Shown here: in pieces, positions 1-7,495 of the stretch
How positions within the stretch are numbered: the first letter of the stretch is position 1
Layout: each line of letters starts with the position of its first letter
Assembly (NCBI GenBank): GCA_033762115.1
Contig: JANRLX010000091.1
Span: forward strand, 1-15,309
DNA: 15,309 nt
Source: Verrucomicrobiota bacterium
Lineage (GTDB): Bacteria; Verrucomicrobiota; Verrucomicrobiia; Limisphaerales; SXQI01
Direction of reading: 5' to 3'
Notes under the pieces: generated by a model
Seen by the model: only the letters and a program-made list of their open reading frames with translations
Told to the model about the DNA's origin: nothing
The model's database searches: none
Program-made: the position numbers and the translations under genes

Positions 1-2
1 TC

Positions 3-3000
3 GGTGATCTCGAAATCCAGACTGAGTCGGACGGCCGTTTCGACACACGCTTCGGTTTGCCATCTCCTGCGAATTATCAGGTGATCGCATCGAATACCCT
101 CTCCGGTCTTGTGGGATTTGCCACGGTGGAGGTTCAACCCACCGGCACAAATGAGGCCCGGAATTTTGTGACTGTCCGGTTGCTGGGGAAAGGTTCACTG
201 CAAGTGAAGGTGGTGCAGTTCGACGGTTCGCCAGTCCCTGGGGCGCGCGTCGAAGTGGCCGGGGGCAATTTTCCAAGGGACAGCGCAGAAGGATTTTCCG
301 GAGCTGACGGGCGCGTCGAATTCCAGAACCTTTTCCAGGGTGCCTACTCAGTTTGCGCGGAACTGGTCGCGGGCTCTTCCCGGATTTTCGGAAGGTCAGG
401 AACTTTTGTTTCAGCGGATGAAACCGGCGAGGTGCTGGTGCGATTGGAACCGACTGCCTCGCTGCGCGGGGTTTATGTTTTGCGCGACGGCATCACCCCG
501 GTTCCATTCGCCCAGGTCGCGGTAGGTTCGCTTGGCTTCTCCACCACCGATGAACTTGGGCAATTTGAGTTCAACGGGATGCCCCTTGGCAGCCATGAAA
601 TCTTAAGCAGTGATCCTGTGACCGGTCGCGCTGCCAGGCTCAGGCTCACGTTGAGCATTCCCAATGAAATTCGCAACGTGTTGCTTGTCGAACAGGCACT
701 CGGCGAAATCAGCGGAGTGGTCCTCAATAGTGGCAGGACCGGCTTTGTGCCCAATGCGCCTGTCACGCTCCGCTCTGTTGAATCAACCCAGGAACGCACG
801 GTGACAACCGGTCCGGATGGACGTTTTCGGTTTGTAAACGTTCCCGCAGGCGATTTTCAAATTTCAGCCACCGACCCGGTCCTGCAATTTTCAGGAAATG
901 TTTCAGGAAACCTGAGTCCCGACATTTCGCGACTGGAGGTCGAAGTGGCCATTCAACCACTTGCTGACCTGTCGATCCAAGTCTGGCGCGGCAGCAGCAA
1001 TGTTGTCGGTACCAACGCCATTGTTTCGCTTCGCAGGGGAAATTCCATGTTTTCGGCGGACACGGATTCCAGCGGCAGGGCACGATTTTCAAACCTCGAA
1101 TTTGGCAATTATTTTGTCATCGCGGTTTCGAAAATTCCGGAGGAAAACCATAACGGGACGGCTTTTAACGTGTCGTTGTCCACCCCCGGCCAGAATCCGA
1201 CCATTGAAGCCACGCTGCCGGGCACCGGCGATGTTATCGGACAGGTGCTTGGGAGTGATGGATCAACCCCGGAGGCAAATGCATCAGTGCTGCTCACGCT
1301 TTTGGAAACGCCATTCCAGGGCACATCCATGGCTGCTGTAACGGATTCAAATGGCCGTTTTGATTTCTCCAACGTCGCAGTAGGAGATTATTCAGTTGTC
1401 GCGCAGCAAGGCAGCCTTTCAGCCCAGGCCAATGGTGAGATCATAATTGGCGGGGAACAGGATGAGATTTCCATGCGACTGTTCCCAAGCGGAACTGTAA
1501 TGGGTCGATTATTCAGGCAGGATGGAACCACTCCGGTTCGGAATGAAGATGTTTTCCTCTCTTATCTTCCACTCGGGACTTCGCTGGGGAGAAGCAGCAC
1601 TGCCACGGATAATAATGGACGTTTCACGTTCGCAGGGATTCCGCTTGGCGCGGTCCGGTTCAGCGCAACGGTGGATCGGTTTGGTGGAATTATTGCAACA
1701 ACGAATCAAATTATTTCAAATGGCCAGACTGTTGATCTTGGCAATCTGCGGCTGGATGAGGACCTGCCGGTGATCGCCGGTTTTACCCCGCCAAATGGGG
1801 CGACGGATGTGCCCACCACAAATTCAATTGAACTGCTTTTCAGCGAAGCGCTGGATGTTGCTTCGATCAATCGAGGGGGAATTTTTCTCCGCAGCGCCAC
1901 CGGCCGGGCCGTTCCGGGAAATATCACATTGCATAGCGCGGAGGATGGCACGCTCCGGCTTCTGCGATTCACTCCCACAAATCGCCTGCAAAGCCGGGTC
2001 ACTTACAGCTTCTTTGTGATCGAGAATGAACGCCCTGCGGTCCTGGATCTTCCTGCGATTGCGGGGCCAACGGACCTGGCGGGTCGTTTTTTGCCGACCC
2101 CATTCATCACCTCTTTCACAACGGCGGACAATGACCCACCGCTGCTTGTTTCTCAATTCCCGGCAAACAATCAGGAGGAGCTTGATCCTCGCTCTGTCGT
2201 GCGCCTTTCGTTCAATGAACCAATCAGGGAAACCGGTTTCTCCTTTGCTCTGGATGGCCCGCAGGGTCCTGTTGCCGGAATTGCCAATGTCGGTTTTGGC
2301 GGGTTGGCGCTCATTTTCACTCCGGCGACTCCATTGAACGTCAACAGTCGCTACCAATTCAGTGTCACCGGTGTCCATGACATCGCGGGAAATCTCGCCA
2401 CAAGCCAGCCGTTCACAGGCGTCTTCTTCACCCTGGATACACAAGGGCCGGAGATCGCATCCTTCTCGATTGTTGATAATTTGTCCCCGGTTGCGGGACG
2501 ACGTGTCCAGTTGGAAACAATCATCCATAACAGCGCTAGCGGCGATTCAGTCCGCTTTGAAGATGACTCCGGAATGCTCGGCATCGTTAATTTTCCTCCT
2601 TATCGCATTAACGTTCAGTTACCCATAACCGGCAGTCGCGTTTATCGCGCGGTTGCGCTGGACCGTTTCCGCAATGAATCATCCCCGGAGCTCCTGGAAA
2701 TAACCGTGGTGTCGAATCTTCCCCCTGCTGTCAGTCTGACCCGCACCACTCCACCATTCGGTTCAGTCCCGTCCGGCTCCACCCTGGTGCTTGCAGTTGC
2801 TGCAACTGATGATGTGGAAGTGACCAACCTGACTGTGATTGCGACAGGCGCTGTCACCTTCACGAATCGATTCAGCAACGGTGGAAGCCGCACCATCTCG
2901 GTTCCCATCCCGCTTGAAATATCTGAAGGTTCCAGCATTCGTCTGGAGGCTACTGCGCGTGATTTTGCTGGAGTAATCTCCTCCACAGTCGTGCTTGATA

Positions 3001-6000
3001 TTCCCCTGCTGCCACGGCCATTGCCTGAACTGACCATTTTTACCAATCAAATTGAAATCGCTCAATTCAGCATGACAAACTTTTTCATCACCATCCGTCA
3101 TCGGGATGGCGGACTCTCATCGCTGGAGTTATTAGGGACAAATTTCTCAACTCTCTTCTGGACCAATTCATTGGGCAGGAATCTTTCTTTCAATCCGGCA
3201 GTTGCAGAAACAAATGCCGTGGTCCAGCTCTCGGTTGATCTCGTCGGCACGAACCATTTTGTCATCCGCGCGTTGGCCACGAATGAACTCTTCACGGAAA
3301 CGAGCATTCGCGTCATCTCGCTGGCGGACCTGGATCGGGACACGATCCCTGACCGGGATGATCCCGACATCGACGGAGACAATTTGAGTAACGATGCCGA
3401 AGCAGTGGCGGAGACAGATCCCCGGAATGACGATTCGGATGGAGATACCTTGCTGGATGGTAATGAGGTCGTCGCAGGAACGGACCCTAACAACAGCGAT
3501 ACCGATGGAGACACTTTGCCTGACAATCTCGATTCCAATCCTTTGGTGCCCGCGCTTCGCCCCGTGATTGCTTCCATTGCACCGGTGGAAACGGTGGAAA
3601 ACAGCACTAGGGAGTTCCTTGTGACTGCCACAGACGGTGATAGCAACATGGTGGAACTGAAGCTTTCCGGCGCTTTCACTGCGCTTTGGATTACGAATAA
3701 TGATTCGCGCCTGACTCTTCCCCCCACCAATCAAGTGACCGCGCCATTCCGCCTCACCGTCACTGGATCGGCAACTGGCACAGTTTCCATCGTTGCCCTC
3801 GATCAGGATGACCAGGCAACCACAAATAATTTCACGGTGACGGTGCTTCAGGACCTGGACCGTGACGGCGTGCCTGACCGTGATGATTCTGACATTGATG
3901 GCGACAGCTTGAGCAACGATCAGGAACTCGCCCTCGGCACCAACCCCGCCGACAAGGATACCGATGATGATGGAATTGAGGACGCGACCGATCCACGTCC
4001 TTTGACAAAAAACCTTCGACCACTGGTGCGAACCTCAACCGGCTCAGCGCTTTCCTTTGATGGCGTTAATGATTTTGTCGCCGCACCTTCGAGCCCTTCA
4101 ATGAATCCAGCGGCAGCCATCACTGTGGAAGCATGGGTTTTTGCTGAAAATATTACAGCAGGCGAGATCGGCATCATTGCCAATTGGAACGACATCACCG
4201 TTTCAGAGCGCGGCTACCTGCTTTGGATTTTCAACGGACGTCTTGAACTCATCCTTGGGCCCGGGTTAAGCCGGGTGACCGATTCCACCAGTTTTCCTGT
4301 TGGTCGCTGGGTGCATATTGCGGGAACTTACGATGGAAACGTCATGCGCCTGTTCCGCGATGGACAATTGGTTGCTGAAAATGCCCGGACAGGCGCCATC
4401 GGCACGACCAGCCAGCCACTCCGTATCGGACGTGCTGACGCGGGCTCGAACGCGCCAGACTTTTTCCCGGGATTGATCGATGAAGTGCGGATTTGGAATA
4501 TTGGCCGTTCCGAGGAGGAATTACAGCGCACGATGAATGGACCTCTCATCGGGAACGAGTCCGGCCTCGCTGCCTATTTCAGGTTGGATGAGGGCACAGG
4601 ATCAAGCGCGGACGATTCCTCACCCAACAATAATGTGGCGACGTTGGCTGCTGGGACTACGGAGCCTGTGTGGGTCCCCTCCTCCACCCCGCTTGATCCG
4701 CCTTTGCCTGTGATTTCACCCAACGCGCTTCCTCTGACACTGGATGTTTCGGATCCAAATAATGATTCCCTGATGGTCACGATCTCCCAACTGCCGAATG
4801 CCGGACGCCTGTTCCAAACCACCAACGGCACTGACCGAGGCGCATTGATTGATGTTCCTGGAACCATCGTGACACACCCGGAATTCAAATTGCTCTATCT
4901 CCCTCCATTTGCCACCAACCAGGAGGTCAGATTCAGCTTCATTGCGAATGACGGTTTCCTGGATTCAGTCGAAGGAACAATCCGGATTGCCGTGACAGCA
5001 GTGGCTGGTTCCGATTCCGATGGCGACGGAATGCCTGATGCGTATGAAGTGGCCAATCGCCTGAATCCTGAACTCACTGACCGCACTGAAGACAAGGATG
5101 AGGATGGTTTGGCCAATTTTGATGAATTCACTCGAGGGCTGCTGGCCGGAAATCCGGATACGGACAACGATGGTCTGAAGGATGGGGAGGAAATTCTGGC
5201 TGGGACAAACCCTCTCAACCAGGACACCGATAATGATGGAATCCTGGACGGGATTGATCCAAATCCCTTGCAATCGGATGGTGACATTGATGGAGACGGG
5301 CTCGCTGACCAGGATGATCCGGACATGGACAATGATGGTTTGACCAACGATGCAGAAACCACAGCGGGAACTGATCCGCGGCGTTTTGATACAGATCTGG
5401 ATGGCTGGCCGGACGGATTGGAAATTGAAGTTTCGACAAATCCACTCGACAACAATTCTCGTCCAACTGTTTTTGCAATGGGAGAACCAACGGTCGGGCT
5501 GATCCTTCCCTCAGCACCTCCCCTGGAACTGTCACTCTCGGCTGTCATTGTTGCTGAACCCCCTGTTTCGCTTGTGCTCACCCGCAGCCCTGAACTGGAC
5601 CTGGCACAGGCTGGCATCACCATCAGTGAACCCCCTGTCCATTTGATCCTCCCATTCTCACCACCTGTGGAGTTGCAACTCAGTGGAGTCATTGTCAGTG
5701 AACCCCCCATCGGTCTCGTCCTGCCAGCGAGCCCTGTTCTCGATCAAACAAGCGGCAGTCTTATGGTCAGCGAACCAGCCGTCGGGTTGATCCTTCCGGG
5801 GGTCCCTGTTTTGACTGCCGGGACGTTTGGCCCCGTCGTGAGTGAGCCTGTTATCACACTTTTCCTTCCCGGTGATTTTGACATTCTCAGTGGATCTGCC
5901 GTTGGGAACCCAACGTCCGCAGGGACGGGCGAGCCGGAAATTCCAAATCAATCATTTGCTGTGACCCTGCGACGCATCGACCTCGCGCCAACTGAAACAA

Positions 6001-6215
6001 CCAGACAGGGGAGCGCTCCGGGGGTCACCGGTTGGGTCGTTGCCCTGGAATGGACAGGCAACAGCGGTATGAATTACCAGATTCAGGCCAGCTCCGATCT
6101 GCTCACATGGTCCGCAGCAAACGGTGTGATTCAGGAAATTGGCCCCGGTCATTTCCGGTCTGTTTCCTTTGCACAGGAAAACGCGCTTTTCTATCGAATC
6201 CTGCAACAACCATGA
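3..6215 (+). CDS. Giant multidomain surface/secreted protein (adhesin-like), 5'-truncated by the window; more than 2070 aa
   Basis: The frame is open from nt 3 (GDLEIQTESDGRFDTRFGLP...), so the TTG at 57 is probably not the real start. Domain order: about 7 carboxypeptidase-regulatory-like repeats with T-D-x-x-G-R/Q-F motifs (~3-1750); two Big_5/SbsA-like Ig domains (P..NGATDVPT...LLFSEALD; P.NNQ...LSFNEPI...DIAGN; ~1755-2440); further Ig/cadherin-like domains; DxDxDGxxD repeats; LamG; 24-aa repeats; terminal ...FYRILQQP. Confidence 0.93.
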   Translation, partial: GDLEIQTESDGRFDTRFGLPSPANYQVIASNTLSGLVGFATVEVQPTGTNEARNFVTVRLLGKGSLQVKVVQFDGSPVPGARVEVAGGNFPRDSAEGFSGADGRVEFQNLFQGAYSVCAELVAGSSRIFGRSGTFVSADETGEVLVRLEPTASLRGVYVLRDGITPVPFAQVAVGSLGFSTTDELGQFEFNGMPLGSHEILSSDPVTGRAARLRLTLSIPNEIRNVLLVEQALGEISGVVLNSGRTGFVPNAPVTLRSVESTQERTVTTGPDGRFRFVNVPAGDFQISATDPVLQFSGNVSGNLSPDISRLEVEVAIQPLADLSIQVWRGSSNVVGTNAIVSLRRGNSMFSADTDSSGRARFSNLEFGNYFVIAVSKIPEENHNGTAFNVSLSTPGQNPTIEATLPGTGDVIGQVLGSDGSTPEANASVLLTLLETPFQGTSMAAVTDSNGRFDFSNVAVGDYSVVAQQGSLSAQANGEIIIGGEQDEISMRLFPSGTVMGRLFRQDGTTPVRNEDVFLSYLPLGTSLGRSSTATDNNGRFTFAGIPLGAVRFSATVDRFGGIIATTNQIISNGQTVDLGNLRLDEDLPVIAGFTPPNGATDVPTTNSIELLFSEALDVASINRGGIFLRSATGRAVPGNITLHSAEDGTLRLLRFTPTNRLQSRVTYSFFVIENERPAVLDLPAIAGPTDLAGRFLPTPFITSFTTADNDPPLLVSQFPANNQEELDPRSVVRLSFNEPIRETGFSFALDGPQGPVAGIANVGFGGLALIFTPATPLNVNSRYQFSVTGVHDIAGNLATSQPFTGVFFTLDTQGPEIASFSIVDNLSPVAGRRVQLETIIHNSASGDSVRFEDDSGMLGIVNFPPYRINVQLPITGSRVYRAVALDRFRNESSPELLEITVVSNLPPAVSLTRTTPPFGSVPSGSTLVLAVAATDDVEVTNLTVIATGAVTFTNRFSNGGSRTISVPIPLEISEGSSIRLEATARDFAGVISSTVVLDIPLLPRPLPELTIFTNQIEIAQFSMTNFFITIRHRDGGLSSLELLGTNFSTLFWTNSLGRNLSFNPAVAETNAVVQLSVDLVGTNHFVIRALATNELFTETSIRVISLADLDRDTIPDRDDPDIDGDNLSNDAEAVAETDPRNDDSDGDTLLDGNEVVAGTDPNNSDTDGDTLPDNLDSNPLVPALRPVIASIAPVETVENSTREFLVTATDGDSNMVELKLSGAFTALWITNNDSRLTLPPTNQVTAPFRLTVTGSATGTVSIVALDQDDQATTNNFTVTVLQDLDRDGVPDRDDSDIDGDSLSNDQELALGTNPADKDTDDDGIEDATDPRPLTKNLRPLVRTSTGSALSFDGVNDFVAAPSSPSMNPAAAITVEAWVFAENITAGEIGIIANWNDITVSERGYLLWIFNGRLELILGPGLSRVTDSTSFPVGRWVHIAGTYDGNVMRLFRDGQLVAENARTGAIGTTSQPLRIGRADAGSNAPDFFPGLIDEVRIWNIGRSEEELQRTMNGPLIGNESGLAAYFRLDEGTGSSADDSSPNNNVATLAAGTTEPVWVPSSTPLDPPLPVISPNALPLTLDVSDPNNDSLMVTISQLPNAGRLFQTTNGTDRGALIDVPGTIVTHPEFKLLYLPPFATNQEVRFSFIANDGFLDSVEGTIRIAVTAVAGSDSDGDGMPDAYEVANRLNPELTDRTEDKDEDGLANFDEFTRGLLAGNPDTDNDGLKDGEEILAGTNPLNQDTDNDGILDGIDPNPLQSDGDIDGDGLADQDDPDMDNDGLTNDAETTAGTDPRRFDTDLDGWPDGLEIEVSTNPLDNNSRPTVFAMGEPTVGLILPSAPPLELSLSAVIVAEPPVSLVLTRSPELDLAQAGITISEPPVHLILPFSPPVELQLSGVIVSEPPIGLVLPASPVLDQTSGSLMVSEPAVGLILPGVPVLTAGTFGPVVSEPVITLFLPGDFDILSGSAVGNPTSAGTGEPEIPNQSFAVTLRRIDLAPTETTRQGSAPGVTGWVVALEWTGNSGMNYQIQASSDLLTWSAANGVIQEIGPGHFRSVSFAQENALFYRILQQP
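3327..3545 (+). repeat. Asp-rich thrombospondin type 3-like (DxDxDGxxD) Ca-binding repeat cluster 1 (protein level)
   Basis: DLDRDTIPDRDDPDIDGDNLSND...DSDGDTLLDGNE...GTDP...DTDGDTLPD. Confidence 0.85.
3852..4000 (+). repeat. Asp-rich TSP3-like repeat cluster 2 (protein level)
   Basis: DLDRDGVPDRDDSDIDGDSLSND...GTNP...DTDDDGIED. Confidence 0.85.
4041..4676 (+). other. LamG / concanavalin A-like (Laminin_G_3-type) domain within the giant protein
   Basis: Characteristic motifs GSALSFDGVNDFV, ITVEAWV, WVHIAGTYDG..MRLFRDG, LRIG, F.GLIDEVRIWN, GLAAYFRLDEG.G. Confidence 0.88.
5013..5450 (+). repeat. Asp-rich TSP3-like repeat cluster 3 (protein level)
   Basis: DSDGDGMPDAYE, DKDEDGLANFDE, DTDNDGLKDGEE, DTDNDGILD, DIDGDGLAD, DMDNDGLTNDAE, DTDLDGWPDGLE, interspersed with GT(N/D)P turns. 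Confidence 0.88.
5472..5873 (+). repeat. Six degenerate 24-aa (72-nt) tandem repeats, consensus (V/I)-S-E-P-x-(V/I)-x-L-(I/V)-L-P-x-x-P
   Basis: The Glu codon of each E-P pair falls at 5484, 5556, 5628, 5700, 5772 and 5844, an exact 72-nt period. The sixth unit is partial. Confidence 0.9.
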
Positions 6216-6278
6216 TTGCTTTAATAAAATAAAAATATGAAACATTCATCAAACCTGCTCCTGCGGGACGGTGCTCCC

Positions 6279-7415
6279 ATGAACCCCTTAAACCGGGTCA
6301 TTCTGCTCATGACAGCAATGGCCGGCCTCGCGCTCAACCTCGCGGCACAAGGCTTCAATGCAGGCAGCAATGGGTCCCTGGGTGATGTTGTCATCTCAGA
6401 AAACACCACCCTCCCTCTGCCAACAAACGGGGTCCTCCATTATAGGTCTCTCACTGTAAATGCAGGGGTCCGGCTTAATTTTACCCGGAATGAACGGAAC
6501 ACCCCTGTTTTTATTTTGTCGCAGGGGGATGTGGTGGTGAATGGAACCATTGAAGTCAACGGTTTTCAGGCCGCAGTCAATGCAGGCGGCCAGGGTGGAC
6601 CAGGCGGGTTCGATGGCGGCAAACCTGGGTTCGGCGCTGAGGTCCCACCAGGCGATGGATATGGGCCGGGGCACAGCCTGGGGGGTGATCCCAATTGTAA
6701 TGGCTTCAGCGCAGGGGCCGGTTCTTATGGAACAGCAGGCGGCGGTAAAAGCGGCTCGACGTATGGGACACCTTTATTGATCCCTTTGATCGGCGGATCA
6801 GGCGGGGGCGGTGGCGAAGGGCAACCGGGTGGTGGCGGAGGCGGCGGGGCAATTCTGATTTCTGCCAACACACGCATTTCCGTGAATGGCCGAATTGAAG
6901 CGCGTGGAGGTGATCCACGCACTTGCTTAAACGGCGGCAGTGGCGGAGCCATCCGCCTGGTGGCCCCAACCGTTTCAGGAAGCGGCGTTATCGACGTGCG
7001 TGGCGGAGGAACGGGAGGTCTGGGACGTATCCGGGTGGATACGATTGATCGCAGTGGCTTGAGCTTCCAGTTCCTGAACAACAATGTCACAACAGTTGGC
7101 GGCAACCTGATCTCCTTTCCTCCTGTGTCTCCACGCCTGGCCACCATTGAAGCCGCTGGAAACTCGATTCCTGAAGGAAGCAGTCCGGTGACATTTAATC
7201 TTCCATTCGGTTCCTCGACCAATCGCACCGTTAAAATTCAGGCCCGCGACTTTGGTCGCCTGGTGCCGATTCGCGTCACTCTGACCCCTGACTCCGGCCC
7301 TGCGTTGGTCTTCGATGCTGAAGTGGACAATAGCACGACCAATCCCGCACAGGTTGAAGTCCCGGTCACGGTCCCGGTCAATACTCTGGTGACTGTTCAT
7401 GCCTGGACTCGGTGA
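6279..7415 (+). CDS. Secreted glycine-rich protein with a C-terminal beta-rich (Ig-like) domain; function unknown
   Basis: ORF 6237..7415. The ATG at 6279 gives a clean Sec signal peptide (MNPLNRVILLMTAMAGLALNLAA|Q); 6237 is the alternative start. It contains GGQGGPGGFDGG, GGSGGGGG, GGGGGGAILI, GGSGGAIRLVA and GGLGRIRVD motifs. Confidence 0.85.
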   Translation: MNPLNRVILLMTAMAGLALNLAAQGFNAGSNGSLGDVVISENTTLPLPTNGVLHYRSLTVNAGVRLNFTRNERNTPVFILSQGDVVVNGTIEVNGFQAAVNAGGQGGPGGFDGGKPGFGAEVPPGDGYGPGHSLGGDPNCNGFSAGAGSYGTAGGGKSGSTYGTPLLIPLIGGSGGGGGEGQPGGGGGGGAILISANTRISVNGRIEARGGDPRTCLNGGSGGAIRLVAPTVSGSGVIDVRGGGTGGLGRIRVDTIDRSGLSFQFLNNNVTTVGGNLISFPPVSPRLATIEAAGNSIPEGSSPVTFNLPFGSSTNRTVKIQARDFGRLVPIRVTLTPDSGPALVFDAEVDNSTTNPAQVEVPVTVPVNTLVTVHAWTR

Positions 7416-7427
7416 CAGAACTTTTGT

Positions 7428-7456
7428 TTGAAAAGGATTCGGCTGTCGTTCAACAT
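7428..7456 (+). promoter_or_regulatory. Possible sigma70-type promoter for aspS
   Basis: TTGAAA (7428-7433), a 17-nt spacer, then CAACAT (7451-7456). The -10 match is weak. Confidence 0.35.
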
Positions 7457-7495
7457 CTCAAACTCTTTTGAGGCCCTGTGCCTCGGGAGTTTGAA

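Noticed and set aside
57..59. TTG at 57 as the start of the giant protein
   Set aside because: The frame is open upstream to nt 3 and encodes another TESDGRF repeat motif, and no signal peptide follows 57.
4895..5710. Long antisense ORFs (4895..5710, 1824..2528, 3098..3730, 3168..3734 and others)
   Set aside because: They lie opposite well-supported genes. Their Ser/Pro-rich content mirrors the sense-strand Asp/Gly codons and they carry no family motifs.
5472..5873. 72-nt periodicity as a CRISPR or other DNA-level array
   Set aside because: There is no invariant direct repeat. Conservation is at the amino-acid level, in frame within a CDS, and no cas genes are present.
6216..6236. AT-rich spacer as a terminator or promoter
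   Set aside because: There is no hairpin and no -35/-10 pair. It is more simply an A-rich translation initiation region.
7441..7480. CTGTC/CTGTG as a tRNA(Asp) anticodon-loop mimic in the aspS leader
   Set aside because: CTGTC (7443-7447) is not in a convincing stem and lies within the putative promoter spacer. The hairpin loop (CCTGT) does not present GUC in anticodon register.
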